A DNA stretch of 64,000 bases from Azolla caroliniana (lineage: Eukaryota > Plantae > Polypodiophyta), in NCBI GenBank assembly GCA_043228905.1, contig JBHGNT010000016.1, positions 12,524,001 to 12,588,000 on the forward strand, written 5' to 3'. Position numbers and translations under genes: made by a program. Within the stretch, counting starts at the first letter, position 1. Each line of letters starts with the position of its first letter. The notes under the pieces are model-generated. The model was not told the origin of the DNA. It saw only the letters and a program-made list of their open reading frames with translations, and ran no database searches. Shown here piece by piece: positions 23,901-36,335 of this stretch.

Positions 23901-25340
23901 GACAGTTATTTCTCAAAATACTGGACGAAAGCCGAATCTGGTTTAGATGCCGATACTAGCACCCTACCCTCGAAGGCGACCTTTCACATTACAAACGGTT
24001 TGCTCTACCGTAGTGGAAAGGTCTGTGTTCCAGATTTACCAAATGTTAAATAGAAAATTTTTCATGAATGTCATGATGCACCATCTGTTGGTCATCCTGG
24101 AATACAACGCACACTCGTTCTCATCTCGTGTACTTTTTTTTGGCCTAAGATGCGCTCTGACGTGCATAAATACGTAACTCAATGCTTACAATGTCAGATT
24201 AATAAGTCGGAACGACTTAAAGCTGCCGGTCTTTTACATCCCTTAGATATTCCCAACAATAAATGGGAAATTATCTCGATGGATTTTATTGTTAGTTTAC
24301 CTCGTACACAGAGGGGTCATGATGCCATATGGGTTGTCGTTGACAGGCTAACAAAATTAGCTAGATTTATTCCTACAAAAACCACGGTAACCGCTCAACA
24401 GTTGGTTTATCAATTTGTTGATGAGTTATTTCGTTTTTATGGATTACCGATGGATATTGTTAGTGATCGAGATTCCAAGTTTACTAGTGACTTTTGGACT
24501 CAGGTCTTTAAGAAACTAGAAACTACATTCAGCATGAGTTCCGCAGATCATCCTCAGTCTGATGGACAAACTGAACGAGTTAATCAAATTATTGAGGACA
24601 TGCTTCGAGCTTATGTAGCAAAAACCCCTTCTAAGTGGGAGCAATACCTTCCTATCTTAGAATTTGCCTATAATAGCTCTAAACATACATCCACTGGATA
24701 TAGTCCTTTTATGTTGATGTATGGTTTTCAGCCACGTGCCCCAGTTGATGTCACGATTCATCGTGATACATTAGACAGTCTACGCAATTTTTTGCAAGAC
24801 ATGAACCAAATGTTGCATATTGCCAAAGAAAATGTCAAGACAGCTCAAGATCGTGCTCGATTTTATGCTGATCAGGATAGACGTCCTCGTGCATTTACTA
24901 TTGGTCAAAAAGTTTTTTTGCGTGTCCCGACTGATTCTACGTCATTATCTACGGGCAAGTGCGCTAAGTTAGCCCCACGATATTGTGGCCCATTTGAAAT
25001 CCTTAAGCGAGTTGGGTCATCTGCTTATCACCTTGCCTTACCTCGTAACGTTGGTATTCATCCTGTTTTTCACGTCAGTCGTCTAAAACCATTTTTAGGC
25101 TCTGGTGATAACACCATCACAATCCAAGATCTTGTAACATTAGAGGATTTTTCTTACAAACCTCATGTTCCTGAACGAATTCTTGATTCTCGTACTAAAC
25201 GTTTACGTTCTAAAGAGATTCGGCTATTCAAGATCAAATGGATGGATAAACCTATTGATGATGCCACATGGGAACGCGAGCATTCGCTTAAGGCACAATT
25301 TCCTCACTTTATATTGCAAGAGTGCAATCTTTTGAAGTAG
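20937..25340 (+). pseudogene. gag-pol: Gypsy Gag-Pol with chromodomain; one in-frame stop at 24051-24053
   Basis: CAYCKKRGHTKDTC, LFDSGSSH, FLDD, TDASD, SMDFI/SDRD/QTER, GPF, PERILDSR..IKW..DATWE; both ORFs are in the same frame. Confidence 0.92.
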
Positions 25341-25823
25341 GGGAGTATGTTATGTACACATAACGTTGGTGAGGGTAGGTCACTAATATTTACATTAGTG
25401 AAGGGTATGTTCACTATTATTAAAAAGGGGACTAATGATTGGATAGAATGAATGATATGTGCATGCACTATCATGATTTAGACAACCAATGAATAGAGAG
25501 CCTTTTAGAAAGGCACATCTATTCAAGGGGCCTAGGAAAAGGTATAAATATGAGGCTTAGCTACCCTCATAGGAATCACGTCGGAAGGCTGCTGTCGTAG
25601 ACACCGGTGGTGCGGGCTAGGCTTTCGTCTCGACGATCGTGTTTATCTCTTCCAAGGTATTAGTCATCCTAATATCCGGCGGTATGGGACGTCGGTGGTA
25701 GGTTGGCTATGTCTAGATCATAGCTCGGGGGTGGTCGGGTGGAACGGGTTCTTCTATCCAATCTATTTTCTTCCTTTTTACTTGATTTGGTCTATTGATT
25801 AGTAATAGACTCTTAACACTAGA

Positions 25824-28800
25824 AGAGGCCCCAGAGATCCCAGAAGAAAATGCCACAACAACATAGATTAAAGCATTCAAAGATTGGAATCAAGGGGCAA
25901 GGAAGGTAATGCATTGGCTCTCACTTAGCATCTCAGATTTGATGCTTGGGCACATACAGGATGCTATGCTCCCAAAAGAACCTTGGGACAGTTTGGTAAA
26001 ATTGTTTGCAGTAAACACAGTTGAAGACTGAGCTAAATACCTTAGAAAAAGGTAAGATGTCAATAAATGAGTATGCTTTGAAAATAAAGAGCATATGTGA
26101 ATCACTTGGTTCTATCAATGTAAAAATAGAAGATGATGATAAGGTAGAAATATGCTTGAGAGGCTTAGGACCTCAATACAAAAGCTTTAAAACATCTATG
26201 CTTACAAGGGATAGTATCCCAAGTTTTCCAGATCTGGTTTCAATGCTTGTAGTAGAAGAAAGGAATCAGATGGATGATGTAAATAAAGGAAATCTTGAGA
26301 ATGAGGAGCAACCCTATATAATAGTGCTGGAAGAGGCCGAGGAAGAGGCCATGAAAGATTTGGCTCAGCAAGAACCAACAATAATGGTTATCAAGGAAGA
26401 GGACAACAAACCATTAGAGGAAGAAACAACAACAGAGGCAGGGGGAGCAACCAAGGTAGAGGTAAGCAAACATATGTAAATGATGATGGTTGTTGGTATT
26501 GTGGAAAACCAGGCCACACACAAGCTGAATGTTACAAGAAGCAAAATGATGAGCAAAGAGGAAAGAGACAGCAGAATAACTATGCCCAAACTAGTGAAGA
26601 TTGTGAAAAAGATGGTGCATTTGTGGTACAACATGAGATAGCAACAGTGGCTGAAAGCTCACAGAAATGTAATGAAGAGTTTACATGGTATGTAGACTTG
26701 GGGGCATCTAACCATATGACTGGACATGCAAACTGGTTTGAAAGGTTAAGAGAACTAGAGATTCCTGGCTATGTACAGACGGGTGATAATAGTACTCACC
26801 AAATAGAACATGTTGGAGATATCCTATTGTGGGAAGAAAAAGGAAAGACTAAGTATATGTTGAATGTAATGCATGTTCCAAATCTTGCTAAGAATCTGAT
26901 TTCCGTTGGACAGATAGTAGAGCAAAGTATGCAAGTAAAGTTTAAGCAAAGTGGATGCTATATAGAAAAGAATGGGAAGCTCATTGCAAAAGGAAAACGA
27001 CAAGGAAGAATTTTTATTTTGGATGTTGACATGCCTAGACAGATTTCAGCTATGTTTGCAAATGGAATGAGTGTAGTCTCAGATGTAGAAATGTGGCATA
27101 AAAGGATTGGTCACATAAGTATGCAAACCCTAAAGAATATGTTGAGAAAAGATGCAGTGGCTGGACTGCCAAAACTGAAAAATTGTGAAATGGGAAAGAT
27201 ATGTGAAGCATGTCAATATGGAAAGCAAAATAGGTTGTCATTCCCTCATGAAAGACATGTAAGTAAAAATTTGTTGGATTTGGTACCTACGGATGTATGG
27301 GAACCAACTAAGAATGCATCTATCGGTGGGTGCAGATTCTATGTAACTTTTATTGATGATTGCTCAAGGAAAACATGGGTGTACTTCATGAAAGAGAAAG
27401 TGAAGTGTTTGAATGTTTTCGTAAGTTAAAATGCATGGTAGAAAAGCAGGTAGGCACAAGAATAAAATGTTTAAGATCTGATGGAGGAGGAGCGTATTTC
27501 TCCAATGAATTTTCTGATTTTCTATGCAATAAGGGAATAAGAAGACAATTCACATGTCGATATACTCCACAGCAAAATGGAGTTGCTGAGAGGAAAAACA
27601 GAACATTGGTGAACATTGCAAGGGCTTTGATGACAGAGAAGAATATGCCATTGTACTATTGGGCAGAAGCTGTAAATACAACAAATTATATTCTAAATAG
27701 ATGTATAACATCGGGAGTACATGAAGCAACTCCTGAAGAGTGTTTCTATGGAAGGAAACCTAGTTTAGAACACTTAAAAGTATTTGGATGCCTTGCATAT
27801 GTACATGTGCCTGTAGAAGTAAGAAGTAAGTTGGATCCAAAAGCAGAAAAATGTATTTTTGTTGGCTATTCAGAAGAACAAAAAGGGTATAGATGCTATA
27901 ACCTTGTAACAAAGAAGATTGTGACAAGTAGGGATGTAATCTTTGATGAGTTAGCCAGCTGGTACAATTCAAAACAGAATCCAGAGACTGATGAAGATAA
28001 TGAGATTGAAGACAGAGACAAATCTGAAAATGTAGAAGACTACCACAGAGATGGAAGCAAGGTTGGACAACAAAGTCCAACATCAACAGAATGTTCTGGA
28101 CCATCAAAAAGCTCAGATGGTAAATCTGATTCGAATTCTTGGAGTGGAAAAAGTGGAGGACAAAAAATGTGATGATAAAAAAGGAAAACAAAAAATGCCA
28201 GAGTATGAAATGTTGGATGAATTGTCTAAAAACATGGAAGATGAGGATTCAGATATGTCATTGGATGATTTTCTTGGTATAAGAGGATTGAAAATCCTTG
28301 GTATGGAAAAAGCATTGAAGGATGCAAATCAGAAACTGAGAAGATCAGATAGAGAGAAAAAAATTGTTGAAAGATTTGGTTATGATACATATATGGCTAT
28401 GCATTATGCATATATGTCTAAGGTGGTACAGATCCCTGATCCAAGTAGTTTTGATGAGGCTAAAACTGAGAAGAAATGGGTGGATGCAGTGCAAGAAGAG
28501 ATTGATGCATTGGCTGAAAACAGAACATGGGATTTGGTGAGGTTACCAAAAGGAAAAAATGTGGTAGGTTGCAAATGGGTCTACAAGACAAAGCATGATT
28601 CTAGTGGGAATGTAAGTAGACATAAAGCAAGATTGGTTGCAAAGGGATATGCCCAAATGCAAGGAATTGATTATGATGAGACATTTGCACCGGTTGCAAA
28701 GATGGCAACATTGAGGACATTACTGGCTGTAGGTGCAACCAGAAGATGGTTTATTCATCATATGGATGTAAAAATTGCCTTTTTACATGGTAACTTGGAA

Positions 28801-30027
28801 GAAGAAGTGTATATGTGTCAACCACCACGTTTTGAAGATAGGAAGCATCCAGATTATGTATGTAAGCTGAAAAAGGCTCTCTATGGACTGAAACAGGCAC
28901 CAAGAGCATGGCACAGAGAACTTTCAGATTATCTGAAAAAACTTGACTTCAAAATGTCAAAGGCTGATTCATCATTGTATGTTAAAAGGAAAGATGATTG
29001 TGTTGTTGTGATTCTGATTTATGTTGATGATCTCATCATTGGAGGTGATTCCATGGATGAAATAAGTAAGCTGAAAAGAAATTTGGAAATGCAGTTTCAT
29101 ATGAAAGATTTGGGAGATCTGAGATATTTTTTGGGTATTGAAATCATCAGATCTGAAAGTGGTATATATGTGTTGCAAAGACAATATGCAACAACTATGT
29201 TGAAAAAGTATGGTATGCTTGGATGCAAACCTATTGGAGTACCACTAGATAAAAACTGCAAATTGAGGGTTGATTTGGGAGCCAAAATAGAAGATGTAAA
29301 CATGTACATGTACAGGTCTATGGTGGGTAGCCTTATTTATTTGACCATAACAAGACCTGATTTGAGTTATGCGGTTGGATTAGTCAGCCAATTTATGCAA
29401 CAGCCAACAAAGCCGCATTTGGACTACATTAGTAGAATTCTGAGGTATGTAAAAGCTACTCAGAACTATGGATTGTTTTACAGGGCTGATTGGGACATAA
29501 ATCTGGAAGGATATACAGATGTTGATTGGGCTGGAAGCCAAACAGATAGAAGATCCACAAGTGGATATATATTTACATTGGGAAGTGCAGGTATTTCATG
29601 GAGTAGCAAGAAACAAGCTACTGTTGCATTGTCTAGTACTGAAGCTGAGTACAGAGGAGCCGCCATAGCCACTTATGAAGAGGTATGGATCAGAAGATTT
29701 CTTGCTGATTTGGGAGAGTATATAGATGGTATTGTCACAATCTGGTGTGACAATATGAGCAACATTCAACTTGCAAAAAACCCAGTGTTCCATGCAAGAA
29801 CAAAGCACATTGAAGTGCATTATCACTTTGTTCGAGAAAAAGTGATTGAAGGAGAAGTTGATATGGTGTATGTGAATACAAATCAGCAAGTTGTTGATAT
29901 TCTCACAAAGGGATTGAGTGTGGAAAAGCATACACAGTTTCGGAACATGATGGGAGTTGTAGACACTGATATGATGGCTGAAAAGCATCATGGAAAAGAA
30001 GTTGTAGATAACCCCAAGAAAGGATAA
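25824..30027 (+). pseudogene. gag-pol: Family D copia gag-pol, frameshifted
   Basis: CWYCGKPGH, WYVDLGAS, WHKRIGH, RSDGGG, HMDVK, IYVDDLI, TKHIEVHYHF. Confidence 0.9.
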
Positions 30028-30535
30028 GTTGAGCTTGAGGCGGAGTGTTGAGAAGCAAGCTCAACATGGTATGTGATGCTTATTGGGAAATAAGCTATAG
30101 TTGCTATTTAGCTACTTGTGAACATAAAGGAGAAACAACTAATTAGCTACTGACAGCTAATTAGCTAATGACAACTATTTAGCGACTAACAGCTAATTAG
30201 CTATAGGCAGCTAATTAACTACATATGTAAATAACTTATTACTTAGGTAAAAAGTAAGAGAGTGGGCAAGAAAGAAATATACAGGAAGTAGAACTCTGAG
30301 AGAGAGAGAGAGAGTGAGGCTAGAGAGGAAGAACTTAGAGAGTGAGAGTAGAAGAGAGAAACAAACGAGAGCAAGTAGAGCTCTGCGTGTAATGAAGTAG
30401 AAGAAGTTTTGGCTGCTACAGATGTACTATTACTTCCCCCTTCCCTTCTGTGTTTGAGCACCAAACGATCCAGCTCAGCACGATCCGCCGCGCACATAAG
30501 AAGAGCCCGAGTGCCTTCTTCACGTTTTCGTAACA

Positions 30536-31100
30536 CTCCGGCCTAGGGCGTGGTATTTGTAATTGATGTTCAGAACGCCATTCGAAAAGGCGGTTGTCGC
30601 ATCGGACCGCTCGACTGATTGCCTCTGTAAGAGACTTTGGTTCTTCGGGGAAGGTTAGGAGTAAATCTTTGACATCGTTTCGCAGGCCACAGCGAAATTG
30701 CTGCATTAGTGCTTGATCTTCCGAGGGGATATCTGAGGCGAGTAGACGGAAATCCGCCGCGTAGGCGGAAGCTGGACGATCATCTTGATGCAATCGTCGG
30801 ATTTTGTTATTCGCCGTCCTGATCTGTATCTCCAAAGCATGCTTAAACTTGCTAATAAAGTCTTCAAAGTTATTAAGCAAGGGCGATTGTTTTTCTAGAA
30901 GTGGAGCGAACCATGCCAAGGATGAGCTGCTAAGCAACATGCCTATTAGGCCGATTCGGGATGCATCAGTGGAGTATCAGGAAGGATGCATTTTAATGAC
31001 TTAGCATACTTGATTAAGAAATCCCCTGAATTGTGATCGCATTCCATCAAATTTAACAGGAAGTCCAATCTTGGGCTCTTTATGAAATCCTTGGGGGCTT
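30536..31100 (-). pseudogene. gag: Gypsy gag N-terminal part
   Basis: AWFAPLLE...ASAYAADFRLLA...FRCGLRNDVKD. Confidence 0.8.
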
Positions 31101-31808
31101 GATCCTTGTTGTTGCAACGCTACGATGGTTGCTTCGAGTTGTTGTACATGTAACACTAACTCCCCATGTTGTTGTGCGTTCGCTATTTTTCTAGAGTGAT
31201 TTATTCAAGATCCCCTAACAATCATTGGTTTTCTTGTTCCAAGGCAACAAATTTTTCTTTTAGAACCTATAGCTCGGAGAAAATGGATTGATATTCTTGG
31301 GCGCTAATAGTAGCCATAGTATTGGAAAAAAGGGATAAGAGGATGAGGGAAACAGAAAAGAAGACCAAAGTTGAAAAATGGTTCAAATTGTCAGGAATAG
31401 TACTAAAATAGAGAGAGAATTAGTACTGGAGAAGGGAAGTACTATTAGTAGTAAGAGGACGGGAATGCGTAAGACTCTCGAGAGAGAGGAAAGAGAGAGG
31501 GAGAGATAGCGAGGACGAGAGAGAGAGAGATGATGATAACTGATGATATATTATATGAAGAGTAAGTACAAGACTAGCGTTGAACCAATTTGGTTCAACA
31601 TAATGCCTTGTGCCTCCTTTTATAGTGTTCTCAGGAGGAGTCCTAAAGCTTCTAGAATGTTCCAGAGAAATCAGGAATATACATTAATTTCTTATAATAA
31701 AACTTAAATGAAAATAATATCCTATGTATTACAATAGATGGTATAATGGTCAAGAGCTCGACCCATATAACATAAGGTCATGGGTTCGAGTTTTGCCATA
31801 TCATGACA

Positions 31809-34800
31809 TCGGCTCCTTGTCCGGTGCCATCCGTTCCCTTTCCTTCTCTCCCCCTCAAGTGCGGCACGTTGAGATGCTAAACACCAAGCATTTCCAGAAA
31901 ATGTTGCAACTTGTTTGATCCTAACAGCTTGGTGAAGATGTCGTCAACCTGTCGATCCGTGTGAACATACCGAAGTTCAACTTCACCGCGCAGGACCCAC
32001 TCGCGAATAAAGTGATAATGCACTTCTATGTGCTTTGTGTGAGTATGGAATACAGGGTTCTTGGCGAGCTGAATGCTACTCATGTTATCACAGTAGATTA
32101 GGATCAGGGTCGGTACCTCGATCTGGAGGTCACGCAACAGTTGCCGAAGCTGTATGGCTTCATAGGTGGCATTGGTAGCGCCCCGGTATTCAGCCTTAGT
32201 GCTCGACAAAGCCATTGTTGGCCGCTTCTTGCTACTCCACGCAACAGCCATGCTACCTAGAGAAAACATGTAACCAGAGGTGGATCAACGATCCGATGCA
32301 TCACCAACCCAATCGGCATCGGTATATCCGACTAGCTTCCCAACTATACCGTGTTGGTATAATAGTTCCCGATCCTTCGTGCCACTAACATATCGGAGTA
32401 TCCGGTGTGTGCACTGAAGGTGCTCGACGGTCGACTTCTACATCAACTGGTTGATCACTCTGATTAGGTAACTGAGATCGGGTCGAGTGATTGTCAAGTA
32501 TATGAGGCTTCCGACAATTTGTTAGAACCGTTTCTCATCGCAGGTCGGTCCGGAGTTGGGACGGAGCTTTTGGTTCCGGTCCAGGGGTGTGGAGACAGGT
32601 CGGCATTTCGTCATGTCGAACTTGTACAACATATTCAACACATAGTGTCATTGTGAGAGAAATATGCCGTCGTGGGTTCAGATCACCTCGATCCCAAGCA
32701 AATAATGAAGGTCCCCTAGGTCCTTCATTTCAAATGCATCCAACAGTTGGGACTTCACTCAACCAATTTCAACAAGGCCGGATCCGGTGATGACTAAATC
32801 ATCTACATAAAGTAAGATGCAAACCGGACCGTCCGGACCTTGCCGGATGAACAACGAGGAGTCGGATTTAGAGGTCACAAACCCCATCTTACGCAATCGA
32901 TGCATGATCTTCGCATTCCAAGCTCGGGGGACTTGTTTCAGACCATAAAACAACTTCATAAGCCGGCACACCACCGACTTGTTCATCTCCGACTGAAAAC
33001 CGGGGGGCTGGATCATATAGACCTGTTCTTCAAGGCCACCTTGAACAAACGGATTATTCATGTCCATTTGGTGAAGATGTCATCCCCTTGTCGCAACAAC
33101 TGCCAGTACCACGTGAACCGTCGTCATCTTTGCTACCGGCGCTAAGGTCTCGTCGTAGTCGATTCCATGGGTCTGTGCGTATCCCTTCACCACTAACCGA
33201 GCCTTGTACCGGTTAACCGAACTGTCGGCATTGTACTTTACCTTGTGAACCCATTTGCAACCTATCGGTTTACAATGTCGGGGAGGGTCAACGAGGTCCC
33301 ATGTGTTGTTGGCCTCGAGTGCTCGCATTTCTTCTTCCATAGAGGCACACCACGCCAATTTGCGTCCTTTGCCGCTTCTGTGTAGCTCTCTGGCTCACAC
33401 ACTTCCGCCACTTTGGTCATGTACACATAGTGATGCACCATGTAATCATTGTACCCATACCGCGTAATAGGGTTCTTTAGGCGGGAAGACCAGCGTAACT
33501 TGTCATCACCCGGTTTGGGGCCCTTCTTGGCCGGTTCGGACTTCGTTCCCGAAGATCCACCTTCATCCTTTACAAAGTTGGATTCCCTTCGATCTAACTC
33601 AACATTGCCAGTTTCGTATTCCGGTATCTTCTTCTTCCCCTTGTCTTTGCGCGTGAACCGTCTCCTCGGTTCCTTGCGTGGGGAGAGCACGACAGAGTTT
33701 CCACTACTCGCCAGTTCTTCATCCGACTAGTCATCTCGACTCAGCCTTTCATTCGGTTCACTGAGCCGGAATGATGTTGGACTCTCTTCTAGAGTGCCGA
33801 AGTCTTCATTTTCTACCTGGACCTCTTCAGGCTCACTAACCTCATCTTCCTGAATCGAGTCTTCATCGGGAGTTGGAGTCGGTAAGGAGTACCATGATGC
33901 CCTCTCATCAAACTCGACATCTCGGCTTACTCAAACCTGCTTAGTGTGGGGGTTATAGCACTTATACCCCTTCTACTCATGTGAGTAGCCGATTAGGATG
34001 CATTTCTCCGACTTCAGATCTAGCTTCTTCCGCTTCTCATCCCGTACATGCACATATGCTATGCTACCAAATATCCGAAGGTGTCTCAAATTTGTCTTCC
34101 GCCCGAAATACAGCTCATGTGATGACACCTTGTCTCCGATCCGGTTTTGGATGTACACAACCGTCCAGACCGCCTTAGCCCAGTAGAATTGGGGCATGCT
34201 CTTCTCCTCCAGTATTGCCCTTGCCGCGTCGACAATCGACCGGTACTTCCTTTCGGCCACACCGATTTGCTCCGGTGTGTATCTCCAGCTGAATTCTCTC
34301 TTAATTCCGTTCTGCTGTAGATAATTGTTGAATTGGCCGGTAAGTATTCTTTTCCACCATCCGACCGCAAGCACTTGACCTTCCTCTCCGTTTCCCGTTC
34401 AACTAAGCTTTGCAAGTTCCGGAAACATTCAAAGACTTCGCTCTTCTGTTCGATGAGGTAGATCCACGTGTGCCGGCTATAGTCGTCGATGAAGGAGATG
34501 AAGTATCGAATCCTGCCAAGACTAACGTTCTGTGTCGGTCCCCATACATCTGAATGTATTAGATCGAGCTTGTTACAACTCCGGTTTCATTCGGTGGGGA
34601 ATGGAAGCCGATGTTGCTTCCTGTGTTGGCAAGCTTCACAAATTTTGGCCTTCCGGCCGCTAAATTTCAGCAAACTGAAGACAACTTGTTTCGATTGCAG
34701 GTCCTAAAGCCTCCAGTAGTTGACGTGGCTGATTCGCTTGTGCAACAGGTTGATGTTCGACTCGACCTTCTGCCCTTTGGCAAACATGGCGGTGCCAACG

Positions 34801-36143
34801 TCATTGGTGTTGAGGATGAACATCCTCCCTTCTCTACGCCCTTGCGCAATTATCCAGCCTTCTTCCTCGATGAAGCACCCTAGGTGCGTAAATTGCACCT
34901 GCATCCCCTGGTCGACGATTTGTCCAATTGACACCATGTTCTTTGTGATAGTCGGAACGTGTAGTACATTCATCAGCTTCCCCTTTTGTCTAACATGGCT
35001 TAAAGGGACTTCTCCGACATGCACAATCGGGTGAGGGGTGTCGTCTCCAATTTCGACAATCCCTGGTTGTTCCAGCTTCTCCAAAAAAGAGAACCACTCT
35101 TCATGGCTCGTCATGTGGTTGGATGCTCCGGAAACAACGTAGCATACTTTCTCTGATTTGGAAGTAGTCTTCTTCATCGAGTTAGCCGTGTGCTTCATCA
35201 CGAAGGCTGGCCTGACCCTTTACCGGTTTTCCCGATTCCGGATCCTTCCGATCCTTTCGCGTAGTGCGAGCTTTCCCGGTTCTCCTGACCGATTTTTCCG
35301 GATCCGGATTTGTCTGAATCGGCGTGCTTCTTCCAGCACTCGCTTTCCCTTTGCCACAGTACCAGCAGTCTGTGTCAGCCTTTTCTAGCCAGTTCCCGGC
35401 GCCGCTTTGACTACCCGTGCTTGTGAAAGGTTCGGAACTGTTGTCGGCACCACCTCTATGCCTCCGGTCCTATTCTTGTCGGCCGCCTCCATTGCGTGCC
35501 AACCCACCTCATCCACCACGACCATGGGGCCGATCTGTCTCCATGTACTACATCCAGCCATCTGATTGAGTGGTCCTTGATCCACTCGCATAGTTTTCTT
35601 CGACCATCAACATCGATTGCAAGTCAAAGAAAGACAATGGTTTCTCTCGGGTGCAGATCGTTGTTCGGATTGGCCCATACCTTTGTGTTAGATCACCAAG
35701 GCAGATTTGTACCATCTCGTCTTCGTCCACCGTCACGTTGATGGACTTGAGTGCATCGTAAATCTCCTTTATCTTGGTGGTGTAATCTGTAACCGACATG
35801 TCTCTTTGCCGAATGTTGTTCAGCTCTTGCCGAAGCTGCAACTTACGGGCTATGGTATTCGCGGCAAAAATCTTCCTCAGATTTCCCCAGGCCTCCTTCG
35901 GTGTCTTTGCATCCTTGATGTAGCCGAGCATCTGATCATGCACACAAGACGCGAGGCAGTACATTACTCGGCTCGCTCCTTGCTCCCATACGGGGAAGTC
36001 ATTGTGTGTCGGCTCCGGCGCTATCTCGTTCGTTACTTCCACGAAGCTCCAATATCCATGCCCCAGCAGGTACTGGTGCATCTTCAATGACTAGGACGCG
36101 TAGTTGCTCCCGTCGAGCTTCTTTGTTGGAAGTGAACTCGCCA
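31809..36143 (-). pseudogene. gag-pol: Family C copia gag-pol remnants
   Basis: MHQYLLGHGYW, SGASNHMT, RSDGGKEY, RYKARLV, LLYVDDLV, TKHIEVHYHF. Confidence 0.88.
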
Positions 36144-36335
36144 TTCCTCTGTCCATAACTTTTCTCTGTCTGTTGTTACTAGGTTCTAGGGTTCATCTAC
36201 AAAAGCAAGTGTCGCCTGCAGAGGTTCTCAACCCTCGCGCTCTGATACCATGTGAATGTCAATGTGTGGAAGCGTTAGACAAAACTGGCTCAGCCGGATA
36301 GCAACAAAGAATAAGATGACGATTTAATGGAGTCA

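Larger units (their letters stand above)
18711..25818 (+). mobile_element. Full-length Ty3/gypsy chromovirus (family E)
   Basis: 471-bp LTRs (18711-19181, 25348-25818) identical by eye; TSD CTAGA; PBS-Met 19183-19194; PPT before 25348. Confidence 0.96.
18446..30535 (+). mobile_element. Degenerate Ty1/copia (family D) inserted in the gypsy gag
   Basis: TSD CTCCA/CTCCG; 5' LTR 18446-~18625 truncated by a deletion running into gag; 3' LTR 30046-30535; ~17-bp TGACAACTAATTAGCTA repeats in the LTR. Confidence 0.88.
14784..31808 (-). mobile_element. Degenerate Ty3/gypsy chromovirus, Tcn1/Tf1-like, interrupted at 18446-30535
   Basis: LTRs 14784-15219 and 31389-31808 (TGTCA...TGACA); PPT at 15223-15231; no tRNA PBS; putative 5-bp TSD is diverged (CCGAT vs TCGGC). 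Confidence 0.88.
13688..36335 (-). mobile_element. Degenerate Ty1/copia (family C), interrupted by nested elements at 14784-31808
   Basis: 3' LTR 13688-14132 with PPT 14133-14140; pol/gag remnants 31809-36143; PBS ending 36250; truncated 5' LTR 36251-~36335. Confidence 0.85.

Noticed and set aside
24051-24053. Programmed stop-codon readthrough
   Set aside because: The stop lies between RNase H and integrase, not at gag/pol, and is most simply a CAG>TAG mutation
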